IMG/VR virus record: IMGVR_UViG_3300032237_000390
Span: 1-62,236 of that record
Length of the DNA stretch: 62,236 nucleotides
Source: a virus
Taxonomy: Duplodnaviria > Caudoviricetes
Direction: 5' to 3' (one strand)
The position numbers and the translations under genes are program-made. The notes below the pieces were generated by a model. That model saw only the letters and a list, made by a program, of their open reading frames with translations, was not told the origin of the DNA and ran no database searches. How positions within the stretch are numbered: position 1 is the stretch's first letter; the number at the start of each line of letters is the position of its first letter. Below are positions 9,601-18,434 of this stretch, piece after piece.

Positions 9601-11053
9601 TGTAACTGCTTTAAATGCAAATACCACAGGTTCAACAAATACGGCAGTTGGCTATGAATCACTATTAACTGTGTCAAATGGTGTTCAAAATACAGCAATA
9701 GGTTATAGGTCAGGTAGATTAACAACCGCAAACCAAGGTACATTTGTTGGTGAACAAGCGGGAGTAAATGTTTTAGGTGGTGGAGGTAATGTTTTAATTG
9801 GTTATACATCAGGTCAAAACATTACAACAGGCTCATTTAATGCAATTATAGGAACAAATACAAGACTTGGAACAACATCTGCAAATAATGCTATTATAGG
9901 CTCAAGTTCAGGATTTGGTATTACAGGTAATAATAATGTATTTATTGGTAATGATTCAGGTAGATATTATAGTGCTTCAAATACCGCTGCTACGGCATAT
10001 ACCAATAGTATCATGATTGGTTATCAAACTAAACAATTAGCTGATAACCAAACTAACCAAATTGTAATTGGTTATGCTGAAACAGGTCTTGGTTCAAACA
10101 CTACCATAATAGGTAATGCTTCAACAGTAACATCTGCTATTCGTGGACGATTATTATTGGGAACTACGACAGATAGTGGTTCTTATCAACTTGATGTAAA
10201 TGGAGATGCAAGGGCAGGAGTTATGACTGTAACAAGGATTAATACTGATGGTCTTGCAAATGCAAATAACTTTTCAGGTGCATTTAAAGTTATTGAATTA
10301 AGTGGGACAACGGCATACGGTGGTTTGGCATTTATATATGATGGAGCTGCTTGGAGATGGAGAGAAGGAACTACAACAGGCTTTATAAATTTAGGTGGTA
10401 GTAGTAGTGTATCAATAAGTGGTATTCCTTATAATTCAACAGGTAATTATAATGTAACAATAGGTAAAAGTGCTGGTGGAACAGGAGCTTCACAATATAA
10501 TGTTGCATTAGGTTGGCAATCATTATATAATAATACTTCAGGTGGAGGAAATATTGGTATTGGACCTGCAAGTTTATATAATGTAACAACAGGAGTAGAT
10601 AATATTGGAATTGGTTATTATGCAGGAACTTCAACAGCATCAAATGTAAATGCTAATCATAATCAGACAATATTTATAGGATTAAATACAGGTTGGTCAT
10701 CAGGAGGCACTGCACTTACTAATACTACCATTATTGGTCATCAGGTAAGAACAGATTTATCAAATGTATTTATGCTTGGTAAATCAACTCAAACAATAAT
10801 GATAGGACAAGGAACTTCTGTTGGTTCAGGAGCAATTTTACAAATAGATTCAACAACCAAAGGTTTCCTTCCACCAAGAATGACTCTTACACAAAGACTT
10901 GCTATATCAAGTCCTGCAACAGGACTCGTTGTTTATCAGACAGACACTACAGAAGGACTATATCAATATACATCAACAGGATGGCAGCCACTTGCTTCAG
11001 GTGGTGGAGTGGCAGGAGCATCAGGATTATTTAACTATTACAATTTTACATAA
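6635..11053 (+). CDS. Long tail fibre protein
   Basis: 1472 aa, G/S/T-rich; YKGTWNA, VVSVNGQVG, N.A.G beta-roll repeats, STTKGFLPPRMT module. Confidence 0.85.
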   Translation: MAKISTYPIISTPTLNDLLIGTDVENVNETKNFSIGDIANLIVIGNYIPYVGALEDVFLGAFNISANSFINTNGTVSDFLKADGSLDSTVYQIAGNYITSLTGEATGSGPGVTTVTLSNGAVIGKVLTGLTITGGSVSSTDSILQAFGKLQNQVNSLVGGVIYKGTWNASTNNPLIQSGVGTKGWYYVVNVAGSTNIDGISDWNVGDWIIFDGTAWQQVDNTDTVVSVNGQVGVVVLTTTNISEGTNLYFTDSRARSAISLTTTGNSGASTYSNLTGAFNIPNYTLSGLGGVPSTRQLSINGTSYDLSADRSWSVGTVTSVGTSAPLTGGTITGSGTIGITQAGVSSDGYLSSTDWNTFNNKQNALTNPVTGTGTVYYLPMWSGVSALTDSILSYASNTVTFNYNSVSGGTVNYTNTSGTTYTYTIQMNNTGSPRQTYHSYTDGNILQQINSNVVSKNLQSGQLVLPYYTTTSSFTGTNVGYLGFDSVGNILTVPVPSLSGYVPTTRTLTINGTNFDLSADRTWSVGTVTSVGLSMPSAFTVTSSPVTGSGTIAVTGAGVASQYVRGDGTLATFPNVGGGGGGTVYYLNGNTSQGSIGGTTMYQLSTAAQSGASANFTRSTTGVIASFITDVGQPNHLSIPAGIWVFECYLSETGGGSNHATIQAIVEKWNGTTITVIATGSAEEITNGSTKDLYQFAVSIPTGVTLLATDRIVIQVQIANANGKTVTLYTENSNISSVTTTFANGIASLNGLTSTSQYFATGTSGTDFAISSATDTHTFNLPTASATNRGALSSADWTTFNGKQDALPSQTGNNGKYLTTNGSLLSWASVDALPSQTGNSGKYLTTNGSAASWATVDALPSQTGNNGKYLTTDGTSASWVTVSTSNIYNSNGTLTSNRTLTSGGFNLTFTGSNTASSAIARGILMNHTLVASANSDVLVGLEINPTFTIGAFTGVSNIGLRVIGADIVINTLNIGLGSGSVATNTRVGVTALNANTTGSTNTAVGYESLLTVSNGVQNTAIGYRSGRLTTANQGTFVGEQAGVNVLGGGGNVLIGYTSGQNITTGSFNAIIGTNTRLGTTSANNAIIGSSSGFGITGNNNVFIGNDSGRYYSASNTAATAYTNSIMIGYQTKQLADNQTNQIVIGYAETGLGSNTTIIGNASTVTSAIRGRLLLGTTTDSGSYQLDVNGDARAGVMTVTRINTDGLANANNFSGAFKVIELSGTTAYGGLAFIYDGAAWRWREGTTTGFINLGGSSSVSISGIPYNSTGNYNVTIGKSAGGTGASQYNVALGWQSLYNNTSGGGNIGIGPASLYNVTTGVDNIGIGYYAGTSTASNVNANHNQTIFIGLNTGWSSGGTALTNTTIIGHQVRTDLSNVFMLGKSTQTIMIGQGTSVGSGAILQIDSTTKGFLPPRMTLTQRLAISSPATGLVVYQTDTTEGLYQYTSTGWQPLASGGGVAGASGLFNYYNFT
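9050..9283 (+). repeat. Three tandem 78-bp coding repeats (DALPSQTGN.GKYLTT.G...SW..V)
   Basis: Units start at 9050, 9128 and 9206. Confidence 0.9.
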
Positions 11054-11054
11054 T

Positions 11055-11342
11055 ATGACATACACAGCACCCAATGGACACATAATTGTGTCAAGCCCTA
11101 ATGGACCTGTAACTTATTCTTGTGAACAAACAGGAATGATTGAAGGAACATTCTTTAGTTTAGAGACAACTTCTGCAGCCACGTCAATTGGCATTCAGCA
11201 GATACAGATTACAAGAGTGATTGACACTAATAGTATTACAATCACCATCAAGGAAAGCACCTCTGAGGAGCTAATTGCTTATCAGAAACAAGTTGATGGT
11301 GGTGCTTCAGAACAAGAAATTCTTAACCTTTTTAATCAATAA
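11055..11342 (+). CDS. Small protein, possibly a fibre assembly factor
   Basis: Probable start is ATG 11055 (MTYTAPNG...), right after the fibre stop. Confidence 0.6.
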   Translation: MTYTAPNGHIIVSSPNGPVTYSCEQTGMIEGTFFSLETTSAATSIGIQQIQITRVIDTNSITITIKESTSEELIAYQKQVDGGASEQEILNLFNQ

Positions 11343-11345
11343 ACA

Positions 11346-11765
11346 ATGCCTGCAAATACTTCGCCTATTTTCACGCTCACACCAAGAGCGGTAACAGCAT
11401 CAATAGCAGCAGCAAACACTGCTCGTGATGGTTCAGGAACTCTTATAGATGTCATGACTGCAGGAAGCAATGGTTCAAGAGTGGACTTTATTATCTTCAC
11501 ATCTTCTCAAGCTACACCTGCAGCTTCTGCTGCAAGGGTACAGAGAGTTTATATCACTGATACATCAGGTCTTAACTCAAGAATTATTTCTGAGGTGGTG
11601 CTATCTGCTGTCACTGCATCAGCAACAGCTATTGGTGCCACTGTAACAATCACATTTACTAATGGACTCATTTTAGCAAGTGGTCAGAAGGTGCAAGTTT
11701 CACAATCAGTGTATGGTTCTGTAGCAGATGGTACAGCAGTTCTTGTTCGTGGTGGTGACTATTAA
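11346..11765 (+). CDS. Putative tail/fibre-associated structural protein
   Basis: MPANTSPIF...GGDY; beta-rich. Confidence 0.65.
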   Translation: MPANTSPIFTLTPRAVTASIAAANTARDGSGTLIDVMTAGSNGSRVDFIIFTSSQATPAASAARVQRVYITDTSGLNSRIISEVVLSAVTASATAIGATVTITFTNGLILASGQKVQVSQSVYGSVADGTAVLVRGGDY

Positions 11766-11775
11766 AATATAATTT

Positions 11776-14265
11776 ATGTTTGGATTTCCAATAGGAAATG
11801 GTAACGCAGGGTTTAATGATTTTGTAGAGAAATTTACAAATAATGCTGATAGTGGATTTCCTAATATTCAGCAAAGGGAAGTGTTCTATTCTGTAAAGGA
11901 TGGGATATGGAATGATACATCTGTATGGCAAACCGCTTCAGGAAGGGTTGGTTTGTTGCCTACTGCAAATGATGATGTTTATATTAGAAATTCTATTACA
12001 TATTCAGTAATACCTACTGCTATATCTGCATATAATTTATTTATAACAGGAACATTTAATTATGGATCAACAGGAAGTAATATTAATATTTTTGGAAACC
12101 TAAAATGCACAGGAACATTAAATCATTTAACAGGAACTATTAATTTATATGGTAGTGAAAATTATATTAATAACTATGTATATAGTATTTCCGAAGCAAA
12201 CATAACCTATGCAAGAAATGATGGTATTCCACAACCAATAATGCCTTTAACTTATAATTTTGTCAGTATGTCAGGAATTAGTCCAAAGTTTTTAACTTCA
12301 GATTTAGTTTCAACAGGTACGGCAATTACTCCTGTTATATCTTCTACATTTGATACAAGAGGATATAATGTTACAATAGAAAGTGGAATTATATTTAATA
12401 CATCAATAGGAGATTTTATTGCAAATGGTAGTACATTAATTTTTAAAGGTTTAGTAACTTGGTTTGGTATAAGAAGGTATGAAATTATAAATTCAATTTT
12501 AGAATTTAGAGGTGGTTGGACTTGGAATCCTCCAATAGGTACATTTGCAAATAGTGTAATTAATTTTACAACAAATACACAAAATGTACAAGTAAACTAT
12601 AGTGGTTCAGGGGCACATATTATTGATGCAAATTCTGTTAATATTGTAGGAAATATAACATTGAATATTGCAGCAGCAGGAAATGACTATCTTGTTTTAA
12701 ATTGTCCTATTAATGGTTCAACTGCAAGTAGTCAACTTACAAATAGGTCATTATTACAATTTGGTAATACTGCATCTGTTCCATCAATGTCAACAGGAGT
12801 TTTTGATTTTTCAACATTTGCAAATACAATAAATTACGGAGGTAACTATTCAGCAACAATACCATCATACTTTACAACATTCCATAATCTTACAATAAGT
12901 GGAACAGGAACTAAAACACTTGGTGTTAATACTACATTGAATGGGAATTTGAATGAAAGTGGATTATTTGACACATCAACATTTACATTATTTGTAAGTG
13001 GAACTACTACAGTACAAAATAGTGGAACATTTACAAATTCAGGTGGTGGAAATATGACTTTTGTTGGTTTATTAAGTGTAGGAACAGGAGCAACTTATGG
13101 TTTTATATCATTTACAGGAAATCCAAATATTGAATGTAGAGGAGGTTTTTTAATTGAAGCATCAGGTACAAATAATGCAGGTACAGGTACTTGGACATTT
13201 ACAACTAATAATCAAACATTAAATAATAATAATAATACAAGTACTTTAATTGTATTTGAAAATATAGTTGTTTCAGGTGCAATAACATTATCAATAACAA
13301 ATGCAACCAAAATTGTTCAAGTTACAAGTTCAATAAATGGAACATTAAGTACAAGTAAAGTTGATAATAAGGGTGTTTTATATCTTAATAGTTTTACAAC
13401 ACCAATGAGTACAGGTTCTATTGATGTAACAACTTTTGCAAATACTATTGGATATATAGCAAATGGAAACTTTACTATACCAAGAACTTCTTATTATTCT
13501 TTATTTACTTCAGGAACAGGTACTAAGTCTTTGAGCGGAAATACAACACTTGCAGGAAATTTGTCTGTTGGAAATGGAAAATTTGAATGTTTAACATACG
13601 ATTTATCGGTTGGTGGAACTACTACTATAGCTACTCAAAGTCTTATAAATTCAGAATTTTCAAAAACAGGAGCAGGTAGTTTGTTATTTACAGGGATTTT
13701 TGTTTTAGGTAGTGCAGCAGGAGGAATATTAACTCTTTCAGGAAACCCAACTATAGAGTTTAGGGGTGGAATAACTACAAATGCAATAAGTGGTACTCCA
13801 AATTTTGGAACAGGTACTTGTACGTTTACAACTAATAATCAGAATATAACATCTAATTCTAATAATTCAACAAATATTACATTATATAATGTTATTATTT
13901 CAGGAGCAATAACAATAACAAATGTATCTACAATAAGACAATTTGTAATAACTAATTCCATAAATGGAGATAATATTAATAGCAAATTATTAAATTCAGG
14001 AACAATAACTTATCAAGGTAATGCAACACCAATGGTAACAGGAGTGCTTGATACATCAACAAACCTTAACACTTGGATATATGGATTAAATAATCAAGAC
14101 ATAAAAGGTGGATTAACAATTCTTACAAAACAAGTTTATCGCAACCTTACACTAAACGGAACAGGTGTTAAGACATTACAAGGATACGTTTCAGTACTAA
14201 ATACATACACCTTAACTTCTCCTGCTACATTAGCTCTAAACGGATATACATTAACAAACCCATAA
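11776..14265 (+). CDS. Putative receptor-binding/adhesin-like protein with three ~200-aa repeats
   Basis: Repeated EFRGG...FTTNNQ...PMSTG..D.STFANT...SGTGTKTL; visibly AT-rich DNA. Confidence 0.7.
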   Translation: MFGFPIGNGNAGFNDFVEKFTNNADSGFPNIQQREVFYSVKDGIWNDTSVWQTASGRVGLLPTANDDVYIRNSITYSVIPTAISAYNLFITGTFNYGSTGSNINIFGNLKCTGTLNHLTGTINLYGSENYINNYVYSISEANITYARNDGIPQPIMPLTYNFVSMSGISPKFLTSDLVSTGTAITPVISSTFDTRGYNVTIESGIIFNTSIGDFIANGSTLIFKGLVTWFGIRRYEIINSILEFRGGWTWNPPIGTFANSVINFTTNTQNVQVNYSGSGAHIIDANSVNIVGNITLNIAAAGNDYLVLNCPINGSTASSQLTNRSLLQFGNTASVPSMSTGVFDFSTFANTINYGGNYSATIPSYFTTFHNLTISGTGTKTLGVNTTLNGNLNESGLFDTSTFTLFVSGTTTVQNSGTFTNSGGGNMTFVGLLSVGTGATYGFISFTGNPNIECRGGFLIEASGTNNAGTGTWTFTTNNQTLNNNNNTSTLIVFENIVVSGAITLSITNATKIVQVTSSINGTLSTSKVDNKGVLYLNSFTTPMSTGSIDVTTFANTIGYIANGNFTIPRTSYYSLFTSGTGTKSLSGNTTLAGNLSVGNGKFECLTYDLSVGGTTTIATQSLINSEFSKTGAGSLLFTGIFVLGSAAGGILTLSGNPTIEFRGGITTNAISGTPNFGTGTCTFTTNNQNITSNSNNSTNITLYNVIISGAITITNVSTIRQFVITNSINGDNINSKLLNSGTITYQGNATPMVTGVLDTSTNLNTWIYGLNNQDIKGGLTILTKQVYRNLTLNGTGVKTLQGYVSVLNTYTLTSPATLALNGYTLTNP

Positions 14266-14270
14266 TAACG

Positions 14271-14278
14271 TATATTTG
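14271..14278 (+). promoter_or_regulatory. Bacteroidota-type -7 box
   Basis: TATATTTG upstream of ATG 14306. Confidence 0.55.
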
Positions 14279-14305
14279 TAATAACTAACTTAAAAATACA
14301 ATAAT

Positions 14306-14647
14306 ATGGCACCCGGAAAATTTATTGGAACATTATTTCAATCTCGTGACACAATGCATATTGCTCACCTTCAAACAACTTCATACGCTGAACATAGAGC
14401 TCTTGGTATGTACTATGACAAGATTCTTGACCTTACTGATTCATTTACCGAGAAGTACTTTGGTCGTAATGGCAGGGTTGAGTTAATTATACCTGAATCA
14501 AAAAACCAAGACGCTGTATCACACATGAAATTTATGCAAGTTACAATTGAAGCTGAGAGAGATAATTATTCTTCAGACCTTCAAAACATAATGGATGAGA
14601 TGCTTGGTCTTGTTAATGAAACTCTTTACTTGCTTACGCTCGTATAG
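14306..14647 (+). CDS. Ferritin/Dps-like four-helix protein
   Basis: HIAHLQT.SYAEHRALG.YYD...D.F.E, resembling the Dps ferroxidase-site pattern. Confidence 0.7.
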   Translation: MAPGKFIGTLFQSRDTMHIAHLQTTSYAEHRALGMYYDKILDLTDSFTEKYFGRNGRVELIIPESKNQDAVSHMKFMQVTIEAERDNYSSDLQNIMDEMLGLVNETLYLLTLV

Positions 14648-14671
14648 TAATAAAATAAAATCTAATCTAAT

Positions 14672-14899
14672 ATGGATATAAGGAAAATATCTGTTGGTCC
14701 CGACTACAAGGGAGGGGCTATGCATTATATAGTAGGGCAAGATGTTCTTGGGGAAACCAATAAAATACATCTTATCAAATACGATAATGAAAAACAGTCT
14801 TTTAAGGTTTACATTATTAATGATACTCAAGAGGTAATCCTTTGGAAGGAGTTTAACTCAACCATCCCTATATCTATAGAATATAATATAAACTATTAA
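14672..14899 (+). CDS. Hypothetical phage protein
   Basis: ORF track; translationally coupled to the next gene. Confidence 0.7.
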   Translation: MDIRKISVGPDYKGGAMHYIVGQDVLGETNKIHLIKYDNEKQSFKVYIINDTQEVILWKEFNSTIPISIEYNINY

Positions 14900-15462
14900 T
14901 GAGGTCACCATTTAACTTCATAGCAAAGCCGGTAAATGGGAAAAGATACGACAATACAAAGGAGATAGGTGGAATTGAAATAATAACAAGTACATCAGAA
15001 GAAGACCACAAGTTCTCAAATAGATATGCTAAAGTCGTAGAACTTCCATTAGAATACAATGGTCCCATTTCAATTGGGGACATATTGCTTGTACACCATA
15101 ATGTATTTAAGTTTTATAATGATATGCGTGGTAATCAAAAAAGTGGTAGAAGCTTCTTTAAGGATGACCTATTCTTTATTGAACCTGACCAATTTTTTAT
15201 GTATAATAATGGTTTCACGTGGAACACTTACAATAAATATTGTTTTGTAAAACCAATCCCTGCAATAGATTCATACGTTAAGAAACCATTTACTAATGAG
15301 CCTCTTATGGGAAAGATGGTTTATCCTAATGACTATCTCTTGACACAAGGAGTACAAGAAGGGGACATAGTATGCTTTCAACCCGATAGCGAGTATGAGT
15401 TTACTGTAGATGGAGAAAAGTTATATAGAATGTTTGACCACCAAATAACCATAAAACTATGA
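14899..15462 (+). CDS. Tandem GroES-like protein
   Basis: Two GroES-like units: FIAKP...GGIEI...AKVV...IGDILLV and FVKPI...GKMVY...GVQEGDIVCF...VDGEKLYRM. Confidence 0.55.
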   Translation: MRSPFNFIAKPVNGKRYDNTKEIGGIEIITSTSEEDHKFSNRYAKVVELPLEYNGPISIGDILLVHHNVFKFYNDMRGNQKSGRSFFKDDLFFIEPDQFFMYNNGFTWNTYNKYCFVKPIPAIDSYVKKPFTNEPLMGKMVYPNDYLLTQGVQEGDIVCFQPDSEYEFTVDGEKLYRMFDHQITIKL

Positions 15463-15935
15463 ATGTAATCTTATCGGACAATGTAATTCAATTCCCTGAT
15501 GAGTATGTCGAAGATATACTCGACAATGAGTTTGTTGACATATATGACGGAGAAAATGTTTTTAAAAACATACAACCAAGGGACCATGATGATGAGTTTG
15601 CTTTGTATGTAAATGATTTATTTCCTGATTATAAGGTTGTTTGGAACTTTATTAGAAAGTCTCCAAAGGGTCAAGAAGAGCCAAACTTTGTGCATACGGA
15701 CGAGATGATGGGAGACCTGACTGCTATTCTTTATTTAAGCAAAGAAGCTCCAATAGAAGATGGTACGACTATTTACGACCACAATATGAAACCATCATTT
15801 GTAGCTTATTCAAATTTTAATAGGATGCTTATTTTTGATTCAGCTTTACCCCACTCTCGTAATATATATGAGAACTTTGGGACAGGTGATTTAAGTCGCC
15901 TAATACAAGTTGCATTTTTAAAGAAAAACAAATGA
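15459..15935 (+). CDS. 2OG-Fe(II) oxygenase-like protein
   Basis: HTD...TAILYL...DGT...FNRMLIFD...HS...RLIQV (HxD...H...R). Confidence 0.8.
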   Translation: MNVILSDNVIQFPDEYVEDILDNEFVDIYDGENVFKNIQPRDHDDEFALYVNDLFPDYKVVWNFIRKSPKGQEEPNFVHTDEMMGDLTAILYLSKEAPIEDGTTIYDHNMKPSFVAYSNFNRMLIFDSALPHSRNIYENFGTGDLSRLIQVAFLKKNK

Positions 15936-16210
15936 GTAAAGATATAAAGCTTAGGATAATAGAAGCGGGAAAGCAAGCCGTTGAGCAACTAATAAAGGTT
16001 GCAAAGGAGGATATTATTAAGCCCGACCCTGATGATGAACTTGCTGCAGATAGATTAAAGAACGCTGCTGCTACAAAGAAGCTTGCTATATTTGATGCAT
16101 TCGAGATACTTAACCGTATTGATGCAGAAAAAGAAAGTCTTGATATGTTAGAGAACGGAGTTAAAAGAACAGATACAAAACAAGGATTTGCAGAACGAAG
16201 GTCAAAATAG
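15932..16210 (+). CDS. Putative terminase small subunit
   Basis: Small helical protein overlapping the start of terL; call is by position only. Confidence 0.5.
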   Translation: MSKDIKLRIIEAGKQAVEQLIKVAKEDIIKPDPDDELAADRLKNAAATKKLAIFDAFEILNRIDAEKESLDMLENGVKRTDTKQGFAERRSK

Positions 16211-18434
16211 TATATATAAAATAGTTAAAGACTATGTTTCTAAGGTCGCTTTATCTAATAAGAATAATGTTCGGTCTTGGAAATATGGCTATAATGAACA
16301 GTATGATATGGTCATCATATCAAAGACGGGTCAAATAGGTGACATTATAAATATATCAGGACTACATATTGCACTTCCACTTGCACCCAAAGAGTGTCTT
16401 CAAAGACACCAAAAATCATCAGAACAATATTGGGAAAGAGAAGAGTTGCCTAAGAACTTAGAAAAGATTCAATCTATATTTCAATGGAATGACATGCCAT
16501 CTGAGTTTAAAGATAAATGGGTCGACTATATTGAACAGCAATTTGATTATAGGGAGCAAGGCTTTTGGTTTATGAATAACGGAAGACCAACATATATTAC
16601 GGGGGCTCATTGGATGTACTTGCAGTGGTCAAGTATTGACATTGGATACCCCGATTATAGGGAAGCAAATAGAATATTCTTTATTTTTTGGGAGGCATGT
16701 AAAGCTGACCCAAGATGTTTTGGTATGATATACCTAAAGATAAGACGTTCAGGATTTTCTTTTATGTCATCCTCAGAGTGCGTCAATATAGGTACGCTTG
16801 CAAAAGACGCAAGGGTTGGCATACTATCTAAGACGGGTGCTGACGCTAAGAAGATGTTTACGGATAAGGTTGTTCCTATTAATAGTAGGCTGCCATTTTT
16901 CTTTAAGCCCGTTATGGATGGTATGGATAAACCTAAAACAGAACTTGCTTATAGGGTTCCTGCATCAAAGATAACAAAAAAGAATATGTATGATGTTGAT
17001 AATGAAGAAGTTAAAGGTCTTGATACTACAATAGATTGGAAGAATACTGAGGAGAACTCATACGATGGAGAGAAGTTATTATTCTTAGCTCACGATGAGA
17101 GTGCTAAGTGGGTTAAGCCAAATAACATTTTAAACAATTGGAGGGTTACCAAGACCTGTCTTAGGGTCGGTAGTAAAATTATTGGTAAGTGCATGATGGG
17201 GTCTACCTCAAATGCACTTAGTAAGGGTGGAGACAACTATAAGAAACTATATGAAGACTCACGTATCGATTTGCGAAATGCTAACGGTCAAACAAAAAGC
17301 GGAATGTACGCATTGTTTGTTCCGATGGAATGGAATATGGAAGGATTTATAGACATACACGGCATGCCTGTATTCAGAAAGCCAATATCTCCTATCCGTG
17401 GAGTAGACGGTAACGATATTGTAAATGGGGCTATTGATTATTGGGAGGCAGAGGTTGATTCTCTTAAGAACGACTCAGATGCATTAAATGAATTTTATAG
17501 GCAGTTCCCTCGAACCGAAAGCCATGCTTTTAGAGATGAGAGTAAGTCTTCTCTATTTAATCTAACTAAGATATATCAGCAGATTGATTACAATGACTCT
17601 TTGATAAAGGAGCATCATACAACAAGGGGTATGTTTCATTGGAGAGACGGGGAGAAGGACTCAAGTGTTGTTTGGACTCCCGATAATAGGGGTAGATTTT
17701 TAATTAGTTGGATACCAAATAGCAATATACAGAACAATATATCTACTCGAAATGGAATAAAATATCCCGGCAATGAACATCTTGGGACGTTTGGTTGTGA
17801 CTCGTATGATATATCTGCAGTAGTTGGCGGAAGGGGCTCCAATGGGTCGCTTCACGGAATGACTAAGTACCACATGGACGAGGCTCCTGTAAATGAATTT
17901 TTTCTTGAATACATAGCTCGACCTCAGACGGCTGAAATATTTTTTGAAGAAGTACTTATGGCTTGTGTGTTCTACGGTATGCCTATACTTGTAGAAAATA
18001 ACAAACCAAGGTTATTGTATCATTTTAAAAATAGGGGATATAGGGCATTTTGCATGAACAGACCCGACAAGCATTATGCAAAACTAACTAAGACTGAACG
18101 TGAGCTTGGTGGTATACCTAACTCTTCTGAGGATATAAAGCAGGCACACGCTTCAGCAATTGAGTCTTATATTGAAAAGCATATAGGAATGGATTTAGCA
18201 GGTACATATAGAGACCCTGATGAAATGGGAACAATGCACTTTACAAGAACCCTTGAGGATTGGGCAAAGTTTGATATAAATGATAGAACAAAGTTTGATG
18301 CTTCGATTAGTTCAGGATTAGCTATTATGGCAAATCAAAAACACGTATATTTACCCGAAAAAAAAGAATCAAAAATTAGTGTTAATTTCGCAAGGTATAC
18401 TAATAGTGGGAATACAAGTCAACTTATTAGATGA
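16188..18434 (+). CDS. terL: Terminase large subunit
   Basis: KIRRSGFS (Walker A region), LAHDES (Walker B), FGCDSYD and VENNK nuclease motifs; lies before the portal. Confidence 0.9.
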   Translation: MQNEGQNSIYKIVKDYVSKVALSNKNNVRSWKYGYNEQYDMVIISKTGQIGDIINISGLHIALPLAPKECLQRHQKSSEQYWEREELPKNLEKIQSIFQWNDMPSEFKDKWVDYIEQQFDYREQGFWFMNNGRPTYITGAHWMYLQWSSIDIGYPDYREANRIFFIFWEACKADPRCFGMIYLKIRRSGFSFMSSSECVNIGTLAKDARVGILSKTGADAKKMFTDKVVPINSRLPFFFKPVMDGMDKPKTELAYRVPASKITKKNMYDVDNEEVKGLDTTIDWKNTEENSYDGEKLLFLAHDESAKWVKPNNILNNWRVTKTCLRVGSKIIGKCMMGSTSNALSKGGDNYKKLYEDSRIDLRNANGQTKSGMYALFVPMEWNMEGFIDIHGMPVFRKPISPIRGVDGNDIVNGAIDYWEAEVDSLKNDSDALNEFYRQFPRTESHAFRDESKSSLFNLTKIYQQIDYNDSLIKEHHTTRGMFHWRDGEKDSSVVWTPDNRGRFLISWIPNSNIQNNISTRNGIKYPGNEHLGTFGCDSYDISAVVGGRGSNGSLHGMTKYHMDEAPVNEFFLEYIARPQTAEIFFEEVLMACVFYGMPILVENNKPRLLYHFKNRGYRAFCMNRPDKHYAKLTKTERELGGIPNSSEDIKQAHASAIESYIEKHIGMDLAGTYRDPDEMGTMHFTRTLEDWAKFDINDRTKFDASISSGLAIMANQKHVYLPEKKESKISVNFARYTNSGNTSQLIR
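16394..16409. repeat. 16-bp near-palindrome, copy 2 (in terL)
   Basis: Exact GTGTCTTCAAAGACAC. Confidence 0.95.

Noticed and set aside
6635-14265. Diversity-generating retroelement acting on the fibre genes
   Set aside because: No reverse transcriptase and no template/variable repeat pair differing at adenines was seen
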